From Alphaproteobacteria bacterium (GTDB taxonomy: Bacteria; Pseudomonadota; Alphaproteobacteria; Rickettsiales; UBA1997): a DNA stretch of 34,918 bases. Positions 1 to 10,527 of this stretch are shown here, one piece after another. Position 1 is the first letter of the stretch. The number at the start of each line of letters is the position of its first letter. The stretch covers positions 1 through 34,918 of the forward strand of contig JBJTWJ010000131.1 in the NCBI GenBank assembly GCA_046081665.1, in the 5' to 3' direction. The position numbers were made by a program, and so were the translations under genes. The notes beneath the pieces are model-generated. The model did not search any database. It saw nothing but the letters and a program-made list of their open reading frames with translations, and had not been told where the DNA came from.

Positions 1-164
1 GTTATGGAGTTATTTTTTAGCATTATGCGCTATTCTTTATTGCTTAATGATTCTCATGACTATAACCGATTTTTTATCAATTTAAAGGTAAATTAATAAT
101 TTACCCTTTATCACAATTCCTAGGCAATCCCTTGCTTGCCTATAGCAAATGATTTAAAGATAAC

Positions 165-2132
165 TTATTTTTTTACAAAAGAAAAAATTGAATTAATCAA
201 TGATTTTGATTTTTTATCATTAAAATTTCGGTCATTATTTCTGCGATTGTCATGTCGACGATTTTTGGAAGAACGACGATCATCGCGATACCTCTTATGC
301 CGATTATTATTTTCAGAATTATCATAATCATTGCTAGACGCTGATTGGTAATCATCGTCTTCCGAATAATTTTCAAGATAAGTTTTTTCAATACCAAGTT
401 GATTAACTTTTCCAGTTGTTATTTGCATTTCAATTTCTTTCTTTTCATCATCAGAAAGATTTTTACGTTTTTTGATTGTAAAACCTTGGCTACCAATATC
501 TTCGCTTGGATGCATAAAAATATGAATATGATAATTTTTTTCAGTAGCAACTATTTCATTTTTTTTGTAGTTCATGATATAGGCTATTGTTTCAGCACTG
601 GTGTATATATAAATGACTCCAGCTTGACGATCTGAACAAGCATGACGAACAGCTCGCAAAATGCTAACTGCGAGAATTTCAACTGAGCGAACATAACCCG
701 TTCCACCACAATGTTTACAAGGCTCAGTTATTGTTTCAAAAAAACTTGCTCCCAATCTTTGACGAGACATTTCTAATAAACCAAAAACACTAATTCTACC
801 TAATTGGATTCGTGCTCGATCATTTTGCAAAGCATCACGCAAAGATCTTTCAATATTGCGTCGATTTTTTTGATCATACATATCGATAAAATCAATAACA
901 ATCAAACCTGCTAAATCTCTAATTCGCAATTGTTTAGCAATTTCTTTGCAAGCTTCCAGATTAGTGTTATATGCAGTATCTTCGATTCCGCTTTCTTTGG
1001 TTGACCTTCCTGAGTTTACATCAATTGCAACCAAAGCTTCAGTGTGATCAATTACAATTGATCCACCTGAAGGCAAATTAATTTGCTTTTCATACAATGC
1101 GGTAATTTGTTGCTCAACTCGATATTTGTTAAAAATTGGAATTCGATCATCATGCAATTTAATGTTATGAGCATGACTTGGCATGGTAAGTCTAACAAAG
1201 TTAGTAACAATATCAAAAGCTTCTTGTCCTTCAACAATCACTTCGTCTATCGTTTCGTTATAAACATCGCGAATGCATCTACGAATTAAGTCATCTTCGG
1301 CATGAATAAAAGCTGGAGCTTTAGAGCTTAGAGAGGTTTCTTTAATACTATCCCAAAGTCGATTTAAATATTCACAATCGCGTTTAATGTCTTCGGGTTT
1401 TTTGCCAACCCCTGCAGTTCTAATAATAATTGATCGATCATTACCAAGATTAATTTCATTAAGAATTGATCGTAAAATTTTGCGATCACGAAAATTGTCA
1501 ACCTTCTTTGAAACGCCTCCTTTATTGGGCGTATTAGCCATCAACACACAATATTTTCCAGCAATTGAAATATAAGAGGTCATTGATGCACCTTTATTTC
1601 CCCTCTCCTCTTTAACAACTTGCACCAAGATTAATTGATTTGGTTTAATTACTTCTTGGATATTATATCTTTTGTAAATATTGTGAATATTGCCTTGATA
1701 ACCCGCAGTTTCATCTTCAACTGAATAAGAACCTGTGCTTATCGACTCTTCCTTATCTTCATCATGGGCATTATGATCACGATTTGAAGGGTTATTTTGA
1801 TATGATGATTCATCTTCATCGCTGCGATTTTGATTTTGAGAATTATTTAACTCTCTAAGTTTCTGCCTTTCTGCTTCAGAAATTTGATAATAATCTGGAT
1901 GAATATCGGCAAATGGCAAGAAACCATGACGATTTGAACCATAGTCAACGAAACAAGCTTGAAGCGAGGCTTCAACTCTGGTAACTTTCGCCAGATAGAT
2001 ATTGCCTTTTATTTGCTTGATTGCCAGAGCTTCACGATCAAAATCTTGAAGATTGCCATTTTGGAGAACCGCAATTCTTTTTTCTTCGCGATATGCTCCG
2101 TCGATAATAATCGAAATATTTTGTTTAGTCAT
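165..2132 (-). CDS. rne: Ribonuclease E/G family endoribonuclease (RNase E-like)
   Basis: 655-aa ORF with an ATG start. It has an S1-like N-terminus (GNIYLAKVTRVEASLQACFVDYG), a catalytic core (GGSIVIDHTEALVAIDVNSGR, LAGLIVIDFIDM), a Zn-link CKHCGGTG and an Arg/Asn-rich basic tail. A low-complexity acidic insert (about residues 85-160) interrupts the S1 region, as seen in alphaproteobacterial RNase E. Confidence 0.9.
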   Translation of the reverse strand: MTKQNISIIIDGAYREEKRIAVLQNGNLQDFDREALAIKQIKGNIYLAKVTRVEASLQACFVDYGSNRHGFLPFADIHPDYYQISEAERQKLRELNNSQNQNRSDEDESSYQNNPSNRDHNAHDEDKEESISTGSYSVEDETAGYQGNIHNIYKRYNIQEVIKPNQLILVQVVKEERGNKGASMTSYISIAGKYCVLMANTPNKGGVSKKVDNFRDRKILRSILNEINLGNDRSIIIRTAGVGKKPEDIKRDCEYLNRLWDSIKETSLSSKAPAFIHAEDDLIRRCIRDVYNETIDEVIVEGQEAFDIVTNFVRLTMPSHAHNIKLHDDRIPIFNKYRVEQQITALYEKQINLPSGGSIVIDHTEALVAIDVNSGRSTKESGIEDTAYNTNLEACKEIAKQLRIRDLAGLIVIDFIDMYDQKNRRNIERSLRDALQNDRARIQLGRISVFGLLEMSRQRLGASFFETITEPCKHCGGTGYVRSVEILAVSILRAVRHACSDRQAGVIYIYTSAETIAYIMNYKKNEIVATEKNYHIHIFMHPSEDIGSQGFTIKKRKNLSDDEKKEIEMQITTGKVNQLGIEKTYLENYSEDDDYQSASSNDYDNSENNNRHKRYRDDRRSSKNRRHDNRRNNDRNFNDKKSKSLINSIFSFVKK

Positions 2133-2868
2133 TGTTGTATTTATATTACAACAAATAGCAGTTTTTAAAATTCTTTAAACTTTATTTTTTTTCATTAACA
2201 TTTAAGTTAAGATAATAGCGAATACAGAATTGCTATTTTTTTTATATTTTTAGTAGCTATAAGCATTAAAGAGATATTTGTTTACGCCATCAAGATAATG
2301 ATGCTTAATGGCAAAATAGTTAAGAAAATAAAAGTAAAATTTACTGCAATTTGTTTTGGTTAATTAATTTAAATAATTTAATTTTTGTTATTTAATTTTG
2401 TTTATTTTTAATATGTTTTATGTCGATACAAAACTTAAAAATATACTTTAGGAAAAATGCCTTAAAGAATTAACTTAAGAAAAATACCTTAAAAATTGGT
2501 TGCTAAATAAAAATTATAACTTGATTTTTTTGCTCTTAAAAACAAAAAAATTAAAATTATAGATTGGAAAAACCCTGCAACAAGGGTTTTATAGCAAGCT
2601 AGGTAAAAAAATTTAACAACTATACTCACTAGGTTTTAAATTAGAGCTCAAATAAAGAGATATTTAAAACATAATAGACCTTAAATTAAAATTGATCTAT
2701 CAAATTAACTTTATACTTGGAAAACGCTTAATTTATTAGCTTTATAATAAAATTAAAAATTTGATGATTTCCAAATATTGTAAATTTAATTTTATAATAA
2801 TTGTTTCAATTTATTTTACCAGTTTTTTTAAAAAGATTTTTAAAAAAACCAAAAATGTTGTTAGTTAT

Positions 2869-3186
2869 TTAATCTATTGACGACACAAGCCATTGCAAAT
2901 AATTTTTTTCACAAAAATCAATTTTCTTAGCAATAATTTGCGGAATTTGATAGCGATGATTTTTTTTTATAATTTGACAAATTCTTTCAAAAAAATTTGC
3001 AGTAGTTTTTATTGAGATTAATATTTCTTGGTCTTGGCAAAATTGTCCTTGCCAATAGTAACGACTATTAATTTGTTGATATTGAACACAACCAGCAAAT
3101 TTTTGATCAAGAATAATTTTAGAGATTTTTTCAGCCTCTTCAATGCTTGGCGCAGTTGTTTCTATAGAAATTAATTGTTCACTCAT
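2869..3186 (-). CDS. cutA: Divalent-cation tolerance protein CutA
   Basis: About 105 aa with the CutA1 signature pattern (AGCVQ...SRYYWQGQ...EILISIKT...HRYQIPQI). The ORF-track start at 3192 is TTG; the ATG at 3186 (MSEQ...) is preferred. Confidence 0.8.
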   Translation of the reverse strand: MSEQLISIETTAPSIEEAEKISKIILDQKFAGCVQYQQINSRYYWQGQFCQDQEILISIKTTANFFERICQIIKKNHRYQIPQIIAKKIDFCEKNYLQWLVSSID

Positions 3187-3199
3187 AACCAAATTATTT

Positions 3200-3850
3200 A
3201 TGTTAAAATTCTTTGCCCATCGTGGATATTTACCACAAAAAAACTCCCAAAATTTATTACCTCAAAACTCAATAGCAAGCCTTAAAAATGCAGTTGATCA
3301 TGGCTTTACAGCAATTGAATTTGATATTTGGTTAATTGAAAATCAATTAATTTTAAGCCATGATCTACCCAATGATATCAGGGATTGTGCAGGATTTAGC
3401 GATTATTTGCAATATCAGAATCATCTTGAATATTGGCTTGATTTTAAGAATCTATCTTTAGAAAACATTGATACAATCCTCAAAATTCTAGCATTAGACT
3501 TAGCTAAAAAAAATATCAATCTTGCTCAATTATATTTTGCACCTTACTGCGTCAATTACTCTTTAACAAAAATATTTTACGAAAAATTTAAAAAATATTT
3601 TAACGATCAAATTAATTTTGTAGCTGTTTGCGATAATTCAAGTCAAATCGCTGATCTTGAGCAATTAATTTTAGATCATCAAATTAAATTCATTTCAATT
3701 GATCATAAATTAATCACTAAAGAGCTTGTTGAAAAATTTAAAAAATGCCATTTAATGGCATGGACCATCAAAGATTACGATACCCTTATTCAGCTACACA
3801 ATCTCTCGGTTGAATATTTTGCTTGCGATATTTTACCAAAAAAAAACTAG
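3200..3850 (+). CDS. Glycerophosphodiester phosphodiesterase (GDPD) family protein, divergent
   Basis: N-terminal FAHRGY...PQNS...HGFTAIEFDIW...ILSHD matches the GDPD pattern HRG/PENT/E.D/HD. The internal ATG at 3200 (MLKFFAHRG) is preferred over 3143 because 3143 would overlap cutA on the opposite strand. Confidence 0.65.
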   Translation: MLKFFAHRGYLPQKNSQNLLPQNSIASLKNAVDHGFTAIEFDIWLIENQLILSHDLPNDIRDCAGFSDYLQYQNHLEYWLDFKNLSLENIDTILKILALDLAKKNINLAQLYFAPYCVNYSLTKIFYEKFKKYFNDQINFVAVCDNSSQIADLEQLILDHQIKFISIDHKLITKELVEKFKKCHLMAWTIKDYDTLIQLHNLSVEYFACDILPKKN

Positions 3851-3890
3851 CTATAGATTTTTAATTTTAATCATCAACCCCAAGATTGAA

Positions 3891-4075
3891 TTAAACCCAA
3901 ATCCGTCATTAGAATGTTTTAAAATTTCGCTAATCCTTGATTTTATTAGTTTAAGACAGCATCGCACTGGAAAGACTACTTTCCATAAGGCGAAGAGCGA
4001 AGCGCAGTATGAAGCTAATAAAATTAAGGATTAGTTAGGAATCATGAAATATTCTAGTGACGGATTTGGGTTTAA
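3891..4075. repeat. Long imperfect inverted-repeat (palindromic) element: ~60-bp arms around a ~65-bp G+C-richer core
   Basis: The left arm ttaaacccaaatccgtcattagaat...ctaatccttgattttattag (3891-3949) is the reverse complement of the right arm ctaataaaattaaggattag...attctagtgacggatttgggtttaa (4015-4075). There are a few mismatches at the ends and a diverged middle. The core contains its own hairpin, ggaaagactactttcc. Confidence 0.75.
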
Positions 4076-4249
4076 AGGAAAATTTAAAATTGAAATATTG
4101 CAATAGAGCTTAAAATAATGCCTCTCTTCAAACTCATCTTTAGGCTATACCAAATCAATCTTTAAGGCATAAAAAATATTTTGTTATAATTTTTTTAAAG
4201 ATATCAAAATGATATTATATCGATTTAATGTGCTGAAAAATTTTTTCAC

Positions 4250-4282
4250 AAAAAAACCCGTCCTTGTATTAACAAGGACGGG
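4250..4282 (-). terminator. Rho-independent terminator downstream of the pilin-like gene
   Basis: Perfect 10-bp stem cccgtccttg / caaggacggg (4257-4266 / 4273-4282) with a 6-nt loop. On the minus strand it is followed by a T-run (reverse complement of aaaaaa at 4251-4256). It lies 33 nt past the stop at 4315. Confidence 0.8.
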
Positions 4283-4314
4283 TAAATTCTTCAAAATTCT
4301 TATTTAACTAAGAT

Positions 4315-5025
4315 TTACGTGTTGTTAACATCGACGTTGAACGCCAATGCACAAGCTCTTGTTGTAGTAGAAACTTGATACGCAGTACCGGAGATGCATG
4401 CAGATATAACACCAATAACTCTTCCTGTAGTTGATCTACCGTCATCAGTTTTGGAATCAATTGACAAAGCATCGGTTGGAATCAATGCTGCACTAGCACG
4501 CGAAGTTCCATTAACTATTGTATCAGTAGTGTTAGCAGAGGCAGTAGTTGAACCGGTTAATACCACCCAATTTTTTTGGTCAGCATTTGTGCTGTCATAA
4601 ACCCAACCATTTGATTTGGTTTTAGAACCAGGGAAGTTAATCACCGGAGTTTGAGCAACGTTAAAAGCAGCAAATGTCAAGCTATTATCAATTGCCCCGG
4701 CAGTTCTTAGGTCACGCCATGCTTCAGAGCTTTCATTAATATTTGAAGCATTGGTAAACTCCATACGACCATTTTGATTACCAACGTTATCAGGGCTTGA
4801 AATTGCAGTTGAAAAATCACCAGGGAATGCATCATACTGAGTGAAAAAGGCGTTAACTGCAACAGCATAACCTCTTGCCTCACCGATTACTGTTCGTAAC
4901 TCTGAGCTTTTAATCAAGCTCGCTCCGCCAGTAATACCTGCGATTAAAAGACCGATAATAATTAATACAATTGACAACTCGATCAGAGAGAATGCCGATT
5001 TTTTTGAAGTATAATTTTTTTTCAT
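4315..5025 (-). CDS. Type IV pilin-like / pseudopilin protein with a prepilin N-terminal cleavage-methylation domain
   Basis: MKKNYTSKKSAFSLIELSIVLIIIGLLIAGITGG is a class III (prepilin) leader plus a hydrophobic alpha1-N helix with Glu at +5. A C-terminal Cys pair (ISAC...TRAC) is compatible with a pilin D-region. The ATG at 5025 is preferred over the TTG at 5034. The gene is visibly G+C-richer than its flanks. Confidence 0.8.
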   Translation of the reverse strand: MKKNYTSKKSAFSLIELSIVLIIIGLLIAGITGGASLIKSSELRTVIGEARGYAVAVNAFFTQYDAFPGDFSTAISSPDNVGNQNGRMEFTNASNINESSEAWRDLRTAGAIDNSLTFAAFNVAQTPVINFPGSKTKSNGWVYDSTNADQKNWVVLTGSTTASANTTDTIVNGTSRASAALIPTDALSIDSKTDDGRSTTGRVIGVISACISGTAYQVSTTTRACALAFNVDVNNT

Positions 5026-5102
5026 ATAAACCAAAATTTAAGTTAAAGAATTGAAGAAGAATTTAAAATTTATTTGCTAGGCTATTGCTTTGCAAAACAT
5101 TG

Positions 5103-5244
5103 ATACCCATTCAAATTAGAATTTATTTTATATTTATAAAATAAAATAAACTTGATTGCAAATTCTTTTTTATAAAAAAAATTATAAAAAAAAACTTGTT
5201 CAAATTAAATAAATTTTCTTAAAAAAAAAATCTAATTTGAATGG
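5103..5244. repeat. Inverted repeat flanking the pilin upstream region; possibly a degenerate member of the ataccattt element family
   Basis: ccattcaaattaga (5107-5120) and tctaatttgaatgg (5231-5244) are perfect 14-bp reverse complements 110 bp apart. The left end, atacccattcaaatta...tatttataaaataa, resembles the family left end ataccatttaaactta...tatttataaattaa. Confidence 0.5.
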
Positions 5245-5391
5245 AAAATCTTTAATGTAAATTTATTTAAATCATTTACGATGTCAAATAATTTATCATA
5301 TAAAATTTTGTTAGTTTCAATTTGGGAACAGATAATTTATTGAAAATAAAAGAAATTTTTAAAGACTATATTATTTATATAAAAATAACGT

Positions 5392-5865
5392 TTAAATAAA
5401 CTCAATCTTGAGAATTTCATAATTAATTAATCCCCCTGGAGTTTTGATTTCCACCTCATCGCCAACCTCTTTATCAATGAGAGCGCGAGCTACTGGAGAC
5501 AATGAAGAAATTAATCCATCTTCAATATCAGCTTCAAATTCACTAACGATTTTATATTTAACTTTTTTAGAATTATCTAAATTTTCAAGAGTTACAGTTG
5601 CACCAAATTTAACTTTATCTCCTGATAATTTTGAAATATCAACAACCTGTGCTCGATTCAGCTTGTCTTCAAGATCACTAATTTGACCCTCAATAAAACC
5701 TTGGCGATCTTTAGCGCTGTGATATTCGGCATTTTCTCGTAAATCCCCTAATTCACGAGCAGAAGCAATTTGAGCAATGATTTTAGGGCGCTCAACATTT
5801 TTGAGCTTTTCGATTTCGGATCTCAATTTTTGATAACCGTCTTTGGTAATTTGAAATTTTTCCAT
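5392..5865 (-). CDS. greA: Transcription elongation factor GreA
   Basis: 157 aa with the GreA pattern: ARELGDLRENAEYHSAKDRQGFIEGQI coiled-coil and a C-terminal FKBP-like domain (VKFGATVTL...SSLSPVARALI). Confidence 0.95.
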   Translation of the reverse strand: MEKFQITKDGYQKLRSEIEKLKNVERPKIIAQIASARELGDLRENAEYHSAKDRQGFIEGQISDLEDKLNRAQVVDISKLSGDKVKFGATVTLENLDNSKKVKYKIVSEFEADIEDGLISSLSPVARALIDKEVGDEVEIKTPGGLINYEILKIEFI

Positions 5866-5995
5866 TGTCGTAAATAATTAAAATTAAAACATATAATTCC
5901 ATTTCAACTTGGAAGATTGAATTTTTTTATAATCCCTTAATTTTAAAGCTGAAAAAGGTTAAAATTAGCTGAGTAAAAAAAATTTAAAATTTTAT

Positions 5996-8063
<2,068 letters not shown>

Positions 8064-8193
8064 TTTTGCCTCATTAATTTTTTTTAAAAACTAATTTTTG
8101 TAATTAATTTTCAAAGATTTTGTTGTTATAAAAATATTTTGTTAAATAAAATAATTATTACTAGCCAATAACAGTTTTAAACAACAATTAATT

Positions 8194-8733
8194 TTATTTA
8201 TTTTTTTCAAGATAAAGAATTACATCAGCTCTTTCTTGAGGTTTTTTAAGACCAGGAAATGCCATTTTGGTTCCAGCGATGTAATCTTTTGGTTTAGTAA
8301 TAAATTGATTAATTGACTCACGATCCCATATTCCACCCTTAGCTTTAAGGCCATCAGAATAAGCAAAACCTAACATTGAACCTTTAGGGCGATTAACAAC
8401 CGCATATAAATTTGGTCCAACTTTTGCACCCTCGCCTTTGTTAATATTGTGACAGCTTGCACATTTTTTAAAAATTTTAGCACCACGCTCAACATCAGCC
8501 AATTTCATTAATTCCCCAAGGTCAATTGGTTTTTCAACCTTTTTTGGCAAAGCTTTGCCATCACTGCCAATTTCAATTAGATAACCTCTTTTTAACATGA
8601 CTTTAGGGCGATAAAGCAAATCAGCAAATATTACCGCAAACACAGTAACAACCAAAGACAACAAAACTGCTTTATAATTTTCGCAGGCAATTCTTAATAA
8701 ATCTTTTTGTATTTTTTTTAATTTTTCTTTCAT
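8194..8733 (-). CDS. cycM: Membrane-anchored mitochondrial-type (class I) cytochrome c
   Basis: An N-terminal transmembrane anchor (AVLLSLVVTVFAVIFADLL) is followed by the heme motif CASCHN, GPNLYAVVNR, and a distal Met in GTKMAFPGLKK. Confidence 0.8.
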   Translation of the reverse strand: MKEKLKKIQKDLLRIACENYKAVLLSLVVTVFAVIFADLLYRPKVMLKRGYLIEIGSDGKALPKKVEKPIDLGELMKLADVERGAKIFKKCASCHNINKGEGAKVGPNLYAVVNRPKGSMLGFAYSDGLKAKGGIWDRESINQFITKPKDYIAGTKMAFPGLKKPQERADVILYLEKNK

Positions 8734-8735
8734 AA

Positions 8736-9668
8736 TTAATCAAACAAAGTTGATACCGATTTTTCCTGAGCAATGTTTTTGATAGCTTGCCCAAGTAAGC
8801 TAGCAATATTGATTATTTTGATATTTTTTACTGCCAAATTTTTTTCATTTTGTTGAATTGAATTGGTAATAACCAAACTTTTTAATTTTGAATTAGCAAT
8901 TTTTTCATGAGCCTTACCAGACAATACGCCGTGAGTTATATAAGCATGGACAGATCTCGCTCCCCTCTCGATCAAGGCTTCAGCAGCATTGCATAAGGTT
9001 CCACCCGAATCAACCATATCGTCAACAATGATGCATTCACGATTTTCAACTTCACCAATTATATTCATAACTTCACTAACTCCAGCAACTGGTCGACGCT
9101 TGTCAACAATCGCTAAGTCTGCATTAATTTTTTTAGCAATTGCTCGCGCTCGCACTAACCCTCCGACATCTGGCGAAACCACAACCAAATTATCACTATT
9201 AAAATTTTGCTTTATATCACTAACAAAAACTGGGGCACTGTATAGATTATCAACAGGAATGTCAAAGAAACCTTGAATTTGCCCAGCATGTAAATCAAGA
9301 GTTAAAACTCGGTCAACCCCTGCTGAGGTTAATAAATTAGCAACAAGCTTGGCAGAAATTGGCGTGCGTGGAGCAACTTTACGATCTTGACGAGCATAAC
9401 CAAAATAAGGAATAACTGCCGTAATTCTTTTGGCAGATGCTCTTCTAAGGGCATCAATTGCAATCAACAACTCCATAATGTGATCATTGGCAGGGTATGA
9501 TGTTGACTGAATTACAAAAATATCTTCACCACGAACATTTTCTTTAATCTCAACAAAAATTTCATGATCTGCAAAGTTTTTGACTTCAGCATCAACAAGT
9601 TTTGATGATAAATATTTGGCAATCTCTTCAGCAAGTAATTTGTTGCTATTGCAGGCTAAAAGCTTCAT
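8736..9668 (-). CDS. prs: Ribose-phosphate pyrophosphokinase (PRPP synthetase)
   Basis: 310 aa with [10 protein letters not shown], the [17 protein letters not shown] flexible loop region and the PRPP-binding motif [12 protein letters not shown]. Confidence 0.95.
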   Translation of the reverse strand: MKLLACNSNKLLAEEIAKYLSSKLVDAEVKNFADHEIFVEIKENVRGEDIFVIQSTSYPANDHIMELLIAIDALRRASAKRITAVIPYFGYARQDRKVAPRTPISAKLVANLLTSAGVDRVLTLDLHAGQIQGFFDIPVDNLYSAPVFVSDIKQNFNSDNLVVVSPDVGGLVRARAIAKKINADLAIVDKRRPVAGVSEVMNIIGEVENRECIIVDDMVDSGGTLCNAAEALIERGARSVHAYITHGVLSGKAHEKIANSKLKSLVITNSIQQNEKNLAVKNIKIINIASLLGQAIKNIAQEKSVSTLFD

Positions 9669-9848
9669 AAAATAAAGATTAATTTTAATATTATTTAGTT
9701 GATTTTAATATTTGATTAAATAGATTTTTGTAAAAAATATCAAGCAATAATTTATTTGAAAATATTTATTTTTATCGATATTCTTTTGGTATTCTAACTT
9801 GATATTCTTGATATTTTTATTGGTTAAGGCTTTAAAAAACTTATCAAA

Positions 9849-9921
9849 GTTTTAAATAAAGCTTAAATAAAGCTTAGATAAAGCTTAAATAAGGTTTAAA
9901 TAAATTTTTAAATAAATTTAA
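9849..9921. repeat. Six tandem ~11-bp units (gcTTAAataaa-like) in the divergent prs/hemJ spacer
   Basis: The units are gttttaaataaa, gcttaaataaa, gcttagataaa, gcttaaataag, gtttaaataaa and tttttaaataaa. TTAA tetramers fall at 9852, 9863, (TTAG 9874), 9885 and 9896, which is an exact 11-bp phase. Confidence 0.8.
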
Positions 9922-10072
9922 CCAATCTTAATTAATAATTCTAATATTTTAAAGATTATCCCTAAAAGTTAAAGACAAATAAAGCTATCTTAAATTTTGC
10001 ACTTACAATTTTTAAGAAATTAGCTAAATTAATCAAGATAAAATTTTAAAAAATAATTTTTAAGCATAATAT

Positions 10073-10510
10073 ATGGCTGAAACAGAAGTTTACAATGTCA
10101 TCAAAATTCTCCATATAATCGCTGTAATATCATGGATGGCTGGGTTGTTATACCTGCCAAGAATTTTTGTTTATCACACTCGCGTTAAACATAACAGTGA
10201 GAGTGATTTATTGTTTCGTGAAATGGAAATGAAACTTTTACGCTATATTATGAACCCAGCAATGATTGCAAGTTTTATTTTAGGTTTTTATCTAGCAATT
10301 CAAATTGGTTTTGCAGGGTCTTACTGGCTTCATCTCAAAATAACTTTGGTTTTAATTTTAGCTGGTTTTCATGGTTTTTTAGCAAGTTGTCGCAAAAAAT
10401 TTGCTAACAACAAAAACCAATATTCTCACAAATTTTTTCGCATCATCAATGAAATTCCAACTTTAATTATGATTATCGTGATCTGCTTGGTTATCCTCAA
10501 ACCTTTTTAA
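10073..10510 (+). CDS. hemJ: Protoporphyrinogen IX oxidase HemJ (UPF0093 family membrane protein)
   Basis: 145 aa with four hydrophobic segments and the characteristic N-terminus KILHIIAVISWMAGLLYLPRIFVYH. Confidence 0.75.
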   Translation: MAETEVYNVIKILHIIAVISWMAGLLYLPRIFVYHTRVKHNSESDLLFREMEMKLLRYIMNPAMIASFILGFYLAIQIGFAGSYWLHLKITLVLILAGFHGFLASCRKKFANNKNQYSHKFFRIINEIPTLIMIIVICLVILKPF

Positions 10511-10527
10511 TTTAATATCTTTTAATT

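Noticed and set aside
121-144. Hairpins just downstream of the rne stop (taggcaa...ttgccta at 121-144; aggtaaa...tttacc at ~86-108) as the rne terminator.
   Set aside because: Neither is followed by a T-run on the minus strand, so they are not supported as intrinsic terminators. The window edge also limits context.
197-2168. Short ORFs nested in or antisense to rne (136-327, 197-397, 345-635, 1052-1237, 1083-1289, 1387-1575, 1959-2168).
   Set aside because: All lie within the long, motif-supported RNase E frame or antisense to it. Their compositionally biased translations (Ile/Phe/Leu/Asn runs) are typical of off-frame reading in AT-rich DNA.
3810-4034. 74-aa plus-strand ORF across the palindromic element.
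   Set aside because: It overlaps the end of the GDPD gene, runs through the inverted-repeat arm and core, and has no recognisable features. It is most simply an open frame created by the repeat.
4157-4202. Possible small invertible segment. aaaaatattttgttataat (4170-4188) occurs in reverse-complement orientation at ~34869-34887, flanked by atctttaa / ttaaagat inverted repeats.
   Set aside because: The shared word is pure A/T and a close variant also occurs at ~8133-8146, so a chance match in this composition cannot be excluded. No recombinase gene is nearby. Only the adjacent ataccaaatc motif is kept as a finding.
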